Below, piece by piece: positions 12,896 through 27,661 of a DNA stretch of 64,000 bases (position 1 is its first letter; the number at the start of each line of letters is the position of its first letter). The DNA is from Octopus vulgaris (taxonomy: Eukaryota). The notes below the pieces were generated by a model that saw only the letters and a program-made list of their open reading frames with translations, searched no databases and was not told the origin of the DNA. The position numbers and the translations under genes are program-made. Location: assembly GCA_951406725.2 (NCBI GenBank), contig OX597823.1, positions 69,936,001 to 70,000,000 of the forward strand, in the 5' to 3' direction.

Positions 12896-15876
12896 AAATG
12901 CACGACAGGATAATATGTATCAAATTACTCATACTAAATTGTGACCGCAACCAAGACGCTTAATCCTTTAAAGTCCCTGTCAAATCCCAGTGTAAACAAA
13001 TGTTGTAAAGCCAAGTAACAATTATAACTCTGGTAAAATATGTCTTAAAAAATGCAATGTGGGTACGTGAGGAAAGTGAGAGAACGAGAGAGAGAGACAG
13101 ATAGAAAGAAACCAGTTGAGAATTAGATCTCACTTGTCTCTTCTAGAAGTAACTGAGTTAATCACCCATTTATGGATACTTGTCATGAATAGTGTCAGGA
13201 ATGGATCAAATTAGAAAATAAATTATTCACTTCGCAACGTTTGCCTACTTGTTCCTGTTTGATCTCTATAGGTGGTTCGATATTTCAGGTGCTTTGTGTT
13301 ACCTTTGTCACATGAGTTAATCTTTGTGTATGTATTTGCAGTTATATGTCTGTGAGTCCTTATTCGCTCATACTACACTCTGCTCTCTTGTTATCCTGTT
13401 CTGATATATTTCTGCCTGCCATCTCTCATAGTAACCACTTCTCTCTCACATCTCCCCTCCCCTCCCATTCAATACTTCTCTTACCTCTCCTTCCACATGA
13501 TATTCACTGAAAATATTTCTTAGTTCGCTTTCTATTTATGCCTGACGAAATATTCAAGTCCGTCGGGCACTATTGGAACACACCAGTCTTTATACACAGT
13601 TGAACCAGAAACAAATAAATTTGAATTTATTAAAACATTTAAATACAAAGAAACGGGGGGGAAAGAGATAAGAAAGGAAAATAAAGAAAAGAAAAAGTGA
13701 GGAGGTAAAGTAATATAAGATCGAGAGGAGGGGACGATGGGTTCCATACCCCAGAACAAATGGTGAACTTAACCGCGTCCTGCGGTAATGACTTGGGTGG
13801 CGTTGCCGCAGAGAATAGCCAGCGACACTCGCTGTAGAATCTACTCCATATCATGGGGTTCATTACTCAGACGGGCCGCTGTTATCTCTATTTTGCGGAG
13901 AAAATTGGTAGTACAGGATTTAAGGACACCTGACGTCTCGACGGCGACAGTCACAAACTAACAGCGGCAGGCCAATCCCCTGTATGTGTTGGTTGTTCTC
14001 TCCTCTACGTTACCTGTAACGACACCCGGGTTTGCGGCCGATGCTGTAAGGTTAAACATCAGATCTTTCCCCGCTAATCATGACAGCCAAAAGTTTCTGA
14101 TACACAACAAACTCTCTTTTCGATTTGCAGATTAAAATTACTATAGCTGTGGTGGTGACATATACTAGGCTACTGACCGCCAGGTTTGAAATTCAAACGT
14201 TGCTTCAATCATTGTGCAATGTTCTTCTGAATATGATACATAGTTCAGCTTCCTTCGGTATGCATGACATGATAAAACGAAATTCGATTCCTCATTTCCG
14301 GTTGAGTGGTTAGCAGTATGAAGTGCATCCGTCTGTGAAAGCTCTTGCTTCACCACCCAAAAAAAAAAACTGATTTCACCCATGCTACAGTTTTGAAAAT
14401 TGGAAGTGACGCAGTTAAAAAAAAATGATAGTTTCATGCCAATATAATATTTTAATGTCATAAACCAACAGAGTTGATAAGACTGAAATGGAAGCTAATC
14501 AACTCTTTTAATGTATACGCAACATTAAGCATTCCGCATATAACATTTTGGATATTTTATGAATATTTTCTACAAAATGTTTTTGATGTTTTATTTGTTT
14601 TTCTTTTGTGTGTTTTTTGTTTATTTGCCTGCTGTTGCTTGTTTTATGTTTGATGATGGTGGTGGGGGGGATGGTTGCTAAGTAATTATGATCTTACTCT
14701 CCTGACTCATAAACGATGATTTCAAAACTTCATGCAGATGTCGAAATATCTGACTTACCATGGTTACTGATACCGGATATGCTAAACATTATAATAACAT
14801 AAAGCTGAAATGTCGTTATGTAAAAGAAATATTTCATTCTCTCAATGTAAATACACTATAGCCATCAATACAAAGTAAAAAATTATTAATATTCCTATGT
14901 ATGCCTTTATGTATGTGCGCGTGTCTCTGTGTCCGTATGAGAGTGTATGCGTGCGCGTGCTTGTGTTGATACTGAAAATAAAGTGAATCGGGCAAATATA
15001 AAGAGTACGTTTATGAGAGATAGCATTAAAAATCTCACGTTTTTATTCTCTCTCATATATGTATTCCTTATATTCCCCGTGTTCTGCTTTGTCTAAATGG
15101 TAAACAGATAATATATTCGTCATTCAATCCAAGGTATATATATATATATATTCTGTTTGCCAAACTGTGCCAAAAGTTCGAGCTTATTCTGTAGAAAATC
15201 GAGCAGTTTTTGCAACATTGTATGACGAAGACTTTTTTATCTTTGAATCAGTTAGTCATATGATACTATGCTAACGGAAAAAGTTGTGAAAGGTCTGTGA
15301 TAAATACACGTATAAGGTATTTCCATAAATATGTTTGCTGCTAATAGAAGATATTTGACAAATATGAGACAGAAAAACAAACTATCTAAGCTTCTTAGCT
15401 GCGGAATTTTTCAGCATCTACTCAACGTTTGTCACAAAGTTTTGAAAATATTCCGAAGTTTTAGATGCTATTATTAGTTATCCATTGACTGAACATGACT
15501 GGCTATTCCCAATTTAAAAATAAGCTCAATGTTTCCAACAGTGAATATAAATATGAAACGCACACAAATGTATTTAGATGACCCGGTCGCCATGTGTTTA
15601 TTGAAGTAGTTTTGTTGTCTGTCGAAGAAAATGGCGGAACTTTTTTTGGTGCAATGACCCTGACGCCGTGGGTTTCTTGAAGTAGCTCTGTTGTCTGTCG
15701 AAGGAAATGGCGGGACTCTTTTCAGTGCATTGGATCGAGCCCTTCTGTGACTTTAGTCCATGCTGTACAATATGTGCCATATGCGTAGTTTATATGTTCA
15801 CTGAAATTTGCCTGGCAGGCGATGGCTGGCTGCACGGTATGACTGAGATATTCAGATGTACTAGTAAGAAGTTCTA

Positions 15877-16225
15877 GTTCTGAGTTAAAATTCCGCCGAG
15901 GTCGACTTTGCCTTTCATCTTTTCGGGGTCGATTAAATAAGTACCAGTTACGCACTGGGGTCGATATAATCAACTTAATCCGTTTGTCTGTCCTTGTTTG
16001 TCGTTTCTGTGATTAGCCCCTTGTGGGTAGTAAAGAAATAGGTATTGCGTCTGCCGCTACGTTCTGGGTTCAAATTCCGCCGAGGTCGACTTTGCCTTTC
16101 ATCCTTTCGGGGTCGATCAAATAAGTACCAGTTACACACTGGGGTCGATGTAATCGACTTAATCCGTTTGTCTGTCTTTGTTTGTCCCCTCTGTGTGTAG
16201 CCCCTTGTGGGTTGTAAAGAAATAG
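15877..16225 (+). mobile_element. SINE family A tandem dimer (5' truncated)
   Basis: Two units of gttctgagttcaaattccgccgaggtcgactttgcctttcatcctttcggggtcgat...gtaccagttacgcactggggtcgat. Confidence 0.85.
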
Positions 16226-16970
16226 TTCAGATGTACTAGTAAGTGATTAGATGTTCCAACTTAATTGAAAAAGTCTCAATGATATGTAAAATAAAATAGC
16301 TTATGTTATCCTGGCATGAGTAGAAAATGACTGCACTTGGTGTTATTCTTGTTGTTTAGCTCCAGGTCATTTTTTGTTGAGCACACTTACAGCCATACAT
16401 ATTTCAGCCTTCAAGTCCCTCCCTTCTCTCGAACACTGAGTATATAGAACTGCATTACAAAAGCATTCTCTTTTCAAAGTGTTAACGTAAATTTTGAGGG
16501 ATATTTGATTGCTATTCTTGGCATCTCTAGTGACTACGTAAAATCTTTCTCAGCACTTTCTTGAAGTGGCTATTTGATGCATTTATTTGTCGATAGAGCT
16601 TCAGTCAGCTCATAGCAAAATCTCTACTGATTCAGGAACATCTGTATAATCCAACCGGTTAAATTTTCTAGAGAAACCGCCCCAATTCTGAAATGATTAG
16701 GTTGAAATTCCTGAATTAACAGATCTAATAGTATTATATGGTTTCACACTCATTCACTCACTCAAATATACACACGCACACATATACACACACACGCACA
16801 CACTCTCAAACACACACGCGCATTCTCACACGGACACGTACACATACACGAATATACATATACATACATATATGTCAATATCATATGAAAATTTTTTTGT
16901 AACACTGAAACAATATATTCATTACAGAAAATAATCCTTAGTAGCTATCACTCAAGTTTGCTTTGCATAT

Positions 16971-17218
<248 letters not shown>

Positions 17219-17221
<3 letters not shown>

Positions 17222-17778
17222 GCCCTGATGCAGTACCAAGCAGTGGCTCTCGTGGCTTTTGATCTTAACTGATTGGAAATGTTATAATGTACATTGCTTT
17301 GTCTTGGTATAAAAGATGAGCTAAAGCAAATATTCTGCTCAATACCACAGATTTGCTTGTCAGTTGTTTGACCTTAACCAGCTGAGTATGTCCCTTAGGG
17401 GCTGACTATATGTGCATCTCTGATCATGAGCAGAAATAGTGGGGGAGTATCATAGCCATGTGTTGAGAGGGATTCTTTGGAGTTTGAATAATTCACTTTT
17501 GGAAACATGGGCGATTCGTTCATCATCCTTAAACAACCGTTATTCGGGGACCTTTTGAGTGGGATGGGCTACTCAACTTGAAGAAAATTCTAACTGGGCC
17601 CCTACTTACAAGGTCACGCGCTGTTTTTCTTGATATGAGATCACCATGTCGCGCACATATGATTGTGATTAATGTGCCTGATTTACCCTTATCAGACGGG
17701 TAGTCATGAGGGGTTTATTGAGCTTCGTATATTTGTATCCCAGTGTCACTTTGATGGCATGCGCTGCCCTCTCACTCA
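17219..17778 (+). mobile_element. ~560-bp (AAT)n-embedded repeat (family D), copy 1
   Basis: Colinear end to end with 44751-45306, and both copies are flanked by trinucleotide microsatellite. Strand is assumed. Confidence 0.8.
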
Positions 17779-17819
17779 TTACTACTACTAATAATATTAA
17801 TATCAATGATAATAATAAT

Positions 17820-18035
<216 letters not shown>

Positions 18036-19814
18036 GGTGTATATGTGCGTTTGTACATCTGAGTATATGTGTTTGTTTATACGTTCATACGTCCATATTT
18101 ATCAGTGTAAGCCTGTGCTGCACCCCTATGCATCTAAACAAGGATAGAAATCTATAAAATAAGCAACTGTCTGAAATGAACATGTGTGATAGTTATAATC
18201 AACCAAATAAAAATACGAAATGCAGTTATATCTAGCATGAATCTCACTGCAATGACTGGAAACATTCAAAACAATAAAATGTCTTCTTTACGCACAAATA
18301 TCTCAAATTTTTAAAGCGATGTACATTAAATGAAATTGCTTACGCGTTTATTGGCCATCGCTTTCGAGTATGTCGATTGTACACCTCTTTCATAACGTTA
18401 CACATCACAAAATTTCCATTACCTATTAACACTTATATATATTAGTCCATCTCCAAATTTTTTGCAGTCAGTTGAATTGATTCCAAGTACATTACTGTTG
18501 CTTTTTAATAATTCTAAAACGATGAAGATATAACTGATAACTGAATTTGGTTACTTTTGAATTTGTAAAATAAGAAAAGGAATCAAAATATAGTGAACTA
18601 ACGTTTTACAATTTAAGTTAGTTCCATCGTTTTCTGCCTCTGATTAGCACCACCATTATTTCGGGTTTTTTCACTCAAGAATTCCGCCATCTTGAGCTCC
18701 AACCATCTTCATTACCTCGGACTTCCAACCAGCTCTTCCGTCATCACAGGTCTCCAACTAACTTTATTATATCTGGCCTCCGACTAGCTCCTCCATCAAA
18801 TCAATCCCCTCACCAGTTCCTTCATCATCAAGAGTCTTCAATTATTTCATCTCGGATTGCCAACCAGCACCTCCGTCTTTTTTAGCTACCTACTAGATCC
18901 ATCGTATTGGGCCTCTAACGAGCTCCTCCAGCTCGAGCCTCTGACCTTCTCAATCATCATATCAGCTTTTCTATCATCTATGTCATCACGGCCCAGATCA
19001 GCTGCGTCCTTTTCTTCTTCCAACCTGCTCCTCCCATCTACGGCCCCCAACCAATTCTATAATTCCGTGTCTCCGCTAAATGCGTATTTTGATCAGTTAT
19101 CAAAGCATTTGGGGGAGGTGGGGTTGTTGATCGTAAAGAAAAATTACATAAAAACTTCACATTTCTTCGTAAAGCCTTCATAACCTCCTTTATAAATTGC
19201 GTTAGTCTCTTTGATCTTGAACCTACTATATTTACATATTCTTCATTTCTTTTTCACCAGGCTGAGTGACAGTTTCATTGCAATTCTTGTCACATTTTCA
19301 ATGCAACGTTAATTCGTTTCATTTCCAAGAAAGATATCTCATCAAAAGATCTCATTTATCTCCTCGGTATTTTTTTCCTGCGGAAACTTGTATCAGCTAT
19401 GTATATATATAATTAGCGCATACATGAATAATTATAATGCTGTCAAACTTATGGGACCAATTTCTCCAGCATTTCCCATATTAATATTATTCATAGCTAG
19501 TACAGTGAATTGAGAGAATTGACAGAAACTTTGCCATATTGGATTAAATGCGTTATAGTGTTTAATTTTCTCCTATGTTCTTAGTTCAAATATAGACTGA
19601 TGTCTGTTTCAAAGTCATTATATAGCCTCTTCTAATAAATTTATCTTTAAATTAGCCTTGAGTGTTATGAATAAACAAAACATATCTCCGTCAATAAGAG
19701 GGTAATAATCAGCCAGGCGAATTAGATTACATTATTTTGATTCCATTTCTCTGTATTCTTAATAGAAATCCCGCAAAGGCCAACTTCCTTTTGTAACTTT
19801 ATCGACGTTTATTC

Positions 19815-20048
19815 GTATTTCTTTATTGGCCACGAGGGGCTACACACAGAGGGGACAAACAAGGACAGACAAATGGATTAAGTCGATTATATCGACCCCA
19901 GTGCGTAACTGGTACTTATTTAATCGACCCCGAAAGGATGAAAGGTAAAGTCGACATCGGCGGAATTTGAACTCAGAACATAGCGGCTGACGAAATACCG
20001 CTAAGCATTTCGCCCGGCATGCTAACGTCTCTGCCAGCTCGCCGCCTT
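19815..20048 (-). mobile_element. SINE family A copy
   Basis: The minus strand begins ggcggcgagctggcagagacgttagc, contains gagttcaaattcc (B box) and ends in the internal-type tail. Confidence 0.85.
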
Positions 20049-20077
20049 AACGTTTATTCTAATATACTCGACACCCC

Positions 20078-20292
20078 TAAGGGGACGAGCTGCCAGAATC
20101 TTTAGCACGCCGGACAAGATGCTTTACGGCATTCTCCCGTCTTTACGTTCTGCGTTCAATTTCCACCGAGGCCAACTTTGCCTTTCATCTTTTCGGGGGT
20201 GAATAAAATAAGTACCAATTGCGTACTGGGGTCGATGCAATTGACTTATCCCCACTCCGAAATCGGTGATTTTATGCCAAAATTTGAAATCA
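20078..20292 (+). mobile_element. SINE family A copy
   Basis: ggggacgagctgccagaatc...gcctttcatcttttcgggg...aaatttgaaatcaa; head-to-head with the preceding copy. Confidence 0.8.
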
Positions 20293-20957
20293 ATATAATC
20301 GTTACGCTTGCGAGAACATCCATTCGTAATAATATTTTTAATAATGAATTAGTGAAGGTGCATGGCCTGATGTCAAGGCTCTTCGTCTCATGATTATAAA
20401 GTCATGTGTGGGTGCTTGTGCGAGTGTGAGCGTCTCTGTGCGTGTGTGCGCTCCCTCGTGCATGTGCGTATCTTTGTATATACAGATGTATAATACTGCA
20501 ACCAGTCATGTCCGTTTCGAGTCTAAGGAAGTTAACTTAGCTATTCGATAATTTAAGACATCGATAAATTTATACCAAACTGAAATAAATAATTTGGTGA
20601 AACTATGATTTGGTAAAAAAAACAAAATTAAAACGTGGTTCTCCAATCCTGCCACAATGAAACCAGTAACAGGTGGAGTCTCATATAACGGTAGAAATGT
20701 GTTGTCAAAGAAGGCAGCAAAGGAACGTTGGATGTGTTGGTATGGAGAGCATATCTAGTGTAGATGTTTGGTAAAACACGATAGTAATGGAAACATACTG
20801 AATTGACAAAGCTTTCAACAGTTTCCCTTACAACACCAAAATAAAGCGGAGAAATATAAAAAATTCTTGAGCAAGGTATAGATCTTGAACAATAGTTTAT
20901 CTCCAAAAGCGCATTCTTTAGGAAACAGCTGCTACAAAATTATATTTCCTCTTCTCT

Positions 20958-21002
<45 letters not shown>

Positions 21003-21089
21003 TCTGTAGCCCTCTCTCTCCTACTCTGGTACACATACATTGATACATACTCAAATGTATATTGTATGTGTAAACGTTTAGATCTCTGT

Positions 21090-21107
21090 TGTGTATATAT
21101 ATATATT

Positions 21108-21154
<47 letters not shown>

Positions 21155-21224
21155 TATATATACCTAAGTATACATATACATATATATACGTGTTCAAATA
21201 TATGTCTATGTGTGTGAGTGCATG

Positions 21225-21291
<67 letters not shown>

Positions 21292-21557
21292 TACATATAC
21301 ACATATATCTATATATATACATATATGCACACATCTCAGAGCCAGTGTGTATTTGTGCCTATATTCATGCATGTATGTATTTAGAATTTACAAACCAGCA
21401 AGTTAATTCTCGATGTAATAAATTTTTGAAGCTAATATATTTTCAGAAATCACTTGTATCAGTCCATAAATTTAATTTTGATAGAGAATGAATTTCAATG
21501 AAATTATTGAATAAAAATAGTCAAATAAACATGATGTGAGTAAATCATTAATTTTAT

Positions 21558-21618
<61 letters not shown>

Positions 21619-21731
21619 TACACATATATATATATATATATATATACATAAATAGATATATAGATAGATAGATAGATAAACACACATATATATATATATT
21701 CATAACATATGCACACTTATATATGCATATG

Positions 21732-21829
<98 letters not shown>

Positions 21830-22547
21830 CATATACTCATATATTTACTGCATACACTCATATAAATAACAATAACTTTACATATATACATATACGTGTG
21901 TCCGTGTTTGTATTTATTTTTATATGAATTTGTATGTATGTGTGTGCGTGTATATATATGTGTGTGTGTGTTTGTGTGCTATGCATGCATTATATTATCA
22001 CTGTTATTACTTTCTAGTGGTAAAGTTATTAATTTTGTTGTTGTTATTGCTCTTATACACATACTCATACATATATATGTACATGTATGTATGTATGTAT
22101 GTATGTATGTATGTATGTATGTACGTACGTATGCATGCATGTATGTATGTATGTATGTATGTATGTATGTATGTATGTATGTATGCATGTGATTTCATGA
22201 ATAGTGGAAAAATATGTATGCATCGTTTGGTAAAAATAATGTACCTGATTTGCATACAAGCTTCATGAATATGTATGAGATTTTTAAGAAGAGGAAATTC
22301 TAGCAATGAAAAATATATAACAGGAAATAAATAGCTCTTCTAGGAGAAAGTTGGCTGAAGTATTACACACATCTAATAGGCACACATACAAACATACATA
22401 TTTAACATATACACACACACACGTCCAGATATAAGCACACATTCCGACATACGCCCACACATTCAGATGTATGCACTAACACTAAGAGACGCATACAGAC
22501 ATCTCCCTGTTTTTCACATGCACACAAATATATATGTACATATATAC

Positions 22548-22580
<33 letters not shown>

Positions 22581-22588
22581 CATATGTA

Positions 22589-22655
<67 letters not shown>

Positions 22656-22937
22656 GTATATATATATATACATATGTATGTATGTATGTATGTATGCATG
22701 TATATGTATATATAGACATAAACATATACATGTATATAAATCTATTATATGTATATATAACTTAAATAACTTAGATATGTATGTGTGTATAAATATATAA
22801 GTAAATATTATTTCATATATGCATTTACATATACAATATTATTGCTCGACTAAAGGCGGTGCTCCAGCATGGCCGCAGTCAAATGACTGAAACAAGTAAA
22901 ATAGTAAAAGAGATATATTTGACTTTCTGTATACATT

Positions 22938-23015
<78 letters not shown>
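21090..23015. repeat. Dense (TA)n/(TATG)n microsatellite cluster
   Basis: Many long TA and TATG runs; source of the YI-repeat ORFs. Includes a family B 3' fragment at 22843-22912. Confidence 0.95.
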
Positions 23016-23017
<2 letters not shown>

Positions 23018-24717
23018 TCACGCATTACTCTAGAGGCATGCATACGTAGTTACAATGCAGAAATGCAAACAGCTACGTCGCATCGTATCAACAGTATCTA
23101 CTAACAAACGAGCATCGAAGTGCATCATCCTTAGATCAAGCTTGCGTATATGAAGCAAACGGCGATATAAAATTTAGAAACACACTTCCATCCCTACCAA
23201 ACAACTATAACTTGATATATGTTTAGAGACACACGTCAAAGGAGTCCAAAAGTCCTCCTGTAATAGACCAACAAAAACATAGCTATGTTATCAGAAAACT
23301 TCAGAGTGACTGTATCATTGATACTAATAACAGGATGGTATGGAACTAATCGTAATAAGAAAATGCCTGATGCAAGAAAGGAACACAGTTGTATGCAAGA
23401 CACCCAAATTGGATAACTGATAGATACTCGATGGAATAAACAGATGCATTTGTCCGAAAATGTCATCACCATATTTACTGCCTATGGTGCACGATGTAAA
23501 GACCAAAATACTTTCCAATGAAGTCCATAGAAAAGATTTTCCTGAAGATCAGAATAAATGAAGTTACAGTGATATAGGAAGGTATGCAGACTCATAACAA
23601 AAAAGAATGCTAGGGGAAAGTATCTTAGAGCTTTTGGCAGATACTAAAAAGCTAGACACAATTATTTGGAACGGTGAAAAGAAAGTTTGTAAAGCAACAG
23701 AAATCAGTTGTTCTGTAGAGGTCAACATAATGATGAAAATAAAATAAAAAATAGTATATGTACTGATTTAATGAGAAATCTGCAGATACTGGTGCTCCAG
23801 CATGACCACAGTCCAGAGACTGAAACTAGTAAAAGGAATAAAGGATAGTGCACCCGGAAGAAAACTTTATAATGACGTCTGCTATTATCGGGCTATTTGG
23901 CTGTGTGTGACATCTTCAGCTCTGACAAGCTGCGGGGGTTGAGACTTCACAATGCAAGAGAACCCTTTCTGGGTTCTTGAAGGTTATTAATGGAATTCAA
24001 AGCCATTAATGGAATAGTGAGAATCTTTGAAAAACAGTATTCTAGAAGCTTAGCTTGTTGTAGGTACATGGAGAGACATACAAACATATACGTATATAAA
24101 ATACGTAAGCCAAAACATACACTTATGCATGCAAATGACATGCATGGATTCACATATACGTACATGTGCTGATACATATAAACATACATATATATATACA
24201 TATATGTATGTATATTTAAATATATACATATGTTTTAATTGATTCTCCATTCTTCTAGGAAGAACTCACATAAATTCCAACTAAAAACATACATAAGCAC
24301 ACACGCATACTACATACATACATACATACATACATACATACATACATACATACATACATACATACATACATACATACATACATACATACATACGTATGTG
24401 TATATGTGTGTGTGTATGTAGTATGTGTGTAGTGTGTGTCTTTTAAATTCGTTTATGGTAACGTTAAGTGTATATAAATAAAGCTCGTATAATGTTACTG
24501 ACTAGTGAGTCAATTTTTCGAGGATGCATCATGGTTATACCGATATAATGTAGGATAAATAGCGTAGGATAAATACCGGGTACCCACAGATAATACGGAC
24601 TATATTGTACTCATACCAAGGATACCGACCTTGATGTTAAATTTATGTGACTTATGGAAACGCGCGTAGTGATGTGTTTAAATATTTATAGATTCCATCC
24701 TCGAATTATTGTTATTA

Positions 24718-24761
<44 letters not shown>

Positions 24762-24768
24762 ACATGTG

Positions 24769-24836
<68 letters not shown>

Positions 24837-25609
24837 ATTAAATATAAGTTTTGCCGTACACAACAAAATCACTTTACAGTTACGTCAGAAAATATCAAGT
24901 AAAAACCGTAACACAAAATAAATTCGTTTGTTTTTTTTTTCTTTTCAGTATCAAATGTACTTTATTTTTTATTTCGTTCGTTAATCATGTCACTTGAAGT
25001 GTGAAAACTTGCTTGGATGTTTTCTTCTAGCTTTTACAAGAATTATTATACTATTCCGATCTAATTTTACATGTACAAGAAGACTATATAGTTTTTTATG
25101 TTTGAGTAAGATAAGAGGAGAAGTACTTGGTTATCGATTGTGTGGTAGACTAAGTATTATAGAAAAAAATGTTCACATTTCTATGATAATCGCATTACCG
25201 AATATTTGGGCTTTAAATTCATTTGTACTTTATACATTGCAATGGGGACGTCTTTGATAATTTAAACGGTGTGCAATAATGGTATTGAGATTGAGAGATG
25301 TCAACTGTCATGAACAAATATAATTACTATGTTCCACTACAGCAGTATATGATTACGTTTTATTGTATCGCCATAACTATAAAAGACATTGGAACTCTCT
25401 CAACACATATATGTACACATACACACAAATATACGCACACACACACACACTCACATACACACATACATATATGAATATGAATACATACAATTATATATAT
25501 ATACATACTATGAATCCATCTACATATATATTATATTTACGTATATGTATGTATATTTGTATGTGTGTGTGTGTGAGTATGTGCATGTGTGTGTATGTGT
25601 ATACAGATT

Positions 25610-26020
25610 CTCTCTTTACTCTCTTTTACTCTTTTACTTGTTTCAGTCATTTGACTGCGGCCATGCTGGAGCACCGCCTTTAGTCGAGCAAATCGACCCC
25701 GGGACTTATTCTTTGTAAGCCCAGTACTTATTCTATCAGTCTCTTTTGCTGAACCGCTAAGTGACGGGGACGTAAACACACGAGCATCGGTTGTCAAGCA
25801 ATGCTAGGGCGACAAATACAGACACACAAACATACACACACACATACATATACATATATACGACAGGCTTCTTTCAGTTTCCGTCTACCAAATCCACTCA
25901 CAAGGCACTGGTCGGCCCGGGGCTATAGCAGAAGACACTTGCTCAAGATGCCACGCAGTGTAAATGAACCCGGAACCATGCGGTTGGTAAGCAAGCTACT
26001 TACCGCACAACCACTCCTGT
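25610..26020 (-). mobile_element. SINE family B, full-length
   Basis: Reverse complement of 37295-37710, with tRNA-like head and (GAGTAAAA)n tail. Confidence 0.9.
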
Positions 26021-26039
26021 ATTTGTATTATATTCACTG

Positions 26040-26510
26040 ACTTCGAGATGTTTTCATAAGGAGCTGAATATCTTTGATAAATCTAAATTAACATACATAC
26101 ATTCCCTTTTCTTACTGAGAAAATAAAGCATCAGAACATAGGACCTGGTGCCAGTCCTACTTCTCATCAGTTCAAAGATTTGAACAAAGTCGATTCCAAA
26201 CTGCCGCTTCTCTAATTGAAAATTTTACTCGTCATTGTAGTTTTGTGCAGCCGAGAAAGCAGGCTTTGTCGTCCACTCAAGAAAACACGTAATAAATTAT
26301 CTACAAGCACTCGTGCAAACTAAGTCATCAACTTTTTCCATTTGCCAAAAAGTTTGCAAGGCACCGGCTGGTCTCAAGAGACACATGCGTGTCCACAGAA
26401 CATGATTGCCAGTTTATCTAACTGAACCCTCATTTGTCATTCACAACGACAGAATCCATTATTTTGAAGGATTTTTTACATTCTGCATTAACGCAGGCAT
26501 GTAAGTAATT
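26040..26510 (+). mobile_element. RTE-like LINE 3' remnant
   Basis: Encodes the C-terminal zinc finger CQKVCKAPAGLKRHMRVH, similar to the fingers in the RTE fragment at 47311-48056. Confidence 0.6.
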
Positions 26511-26819
26511 TATTTATAATATAAATTACTTACATGTTTTAAAGTTACAAAACAATTTATCGTGAAATAAAGATTTTTTTATTGTTAAATAAAATTTCAT
26601 CAAACTATTTCTGTCATTGTCTTCTTCCCCTGTCGTTTTCTATGTCATCCATTTTCCAATTCCTTTTTTCTCTCCTTCAACGTTTTCTATCTGCCTCTCT
26701 CTCCTTTACTCCTTTACTCTCTCTCCTTTACTCTCTTTCAGGCTGCTTACACGTGACCATCGTCCATCTTTCTTTTCCTCACCATGATCATCTTCCTTTT
26801 CTTTCAGGGCTGTCCTAAA

Positions 26820-27220
26820 GACTAGATGTATCTTATATCTCTCTTTTCTATCTTTTCTCTTGTCATAGAAAATACTTCTCCAGCGTTTGCAATTTTACCC
26901 TCGTGTTGGTCTAACAACCCTCCATTTTGTTTTCGTTCGGTTTCCTTGTATGCCTCCACTGTCCTGATTTTCTTCCCAAATTTGACCCTCCATAAATCAC
27001 AAATTTTATTGTGGTACTTATAGGAGCAACTGTCTTCGACACATATTGTCGTCCAATGCTCGAAATGAGGAGCAGATAGACAGCCGACAACTGATGATGG
27101 GTCGTTCTTTATGTTACTCGTCCTGTTTTCCATTTGTTTCTCTCGTTGTTTGCGCATTGAACTCATTTGTTTTCGCATTTCATGTTGTTTACTGTTGGTG
27201 ACGTCCTGTACCCATATATG
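26820..27220 (+). mobile_element. Repeat family E copy 1 (ends in (TA)n; carries permuted hammerhead-like motif)
   Basis: Colinear with 40890-41345 and partly with 63590-63960; shared end tcctgtacc(c)atatatgcatatata. Confidence 0.75.
27040..27102 (+). ncRNA. Candidate non-circularly permuted hammerhead ribozyme
   Basis: cacaUA/uugucg..gcuc-GAAA-ugag..cgacaa-CUGAUGA-u-gggu; stems I, II and III can all form. Confidence 0.55.
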
Positions 27221-27661
27221 CATATATATATATATATATATATTAACGTTTGTGTGTCTATATGTGTGTGATGAATGAACAACCATAGGAAGTGAAACAA
27301 CGAGAGGGACAAATTTTACCAGAAGTGTTATTAGATTAACTCTTGAAAGGAAAGGAAAAAGATGTTTAAGGTTTCGAGTGCAATCCCTTCATGAGAATTA
27401 AGAAAAAAAGGGAGGAGAGGTGGGGGAGAGGAGAAAATATTTAGGTGACCGGGTGAGAATGTAGTTCTAATAGGCCGGATGTTGTGCTCATGTATAAGAG
27501 AGTACCTTGGAGGTAGATGGGCTTAAGTAGAAGAATGTGATGTGTGGGTGGTTATCCCATGCACGCACACGCACATACATAAACACACATTTATATACGT
27601 ACGCACACACTCATTCATACACATATAACGATGGATATTCATATATTTAAAAGCATGAAAA

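Noticed and set aside
13540-13570. CTGACGA hammerhead-like box
   Set aside because: No paired stem II, GAAA box or cleavage strand nearby.
23180-23760. Purine-rich segment that may be a LINE endonuclease remnant
   Set aside because: Too decayed; no motif could be identified with confidence.
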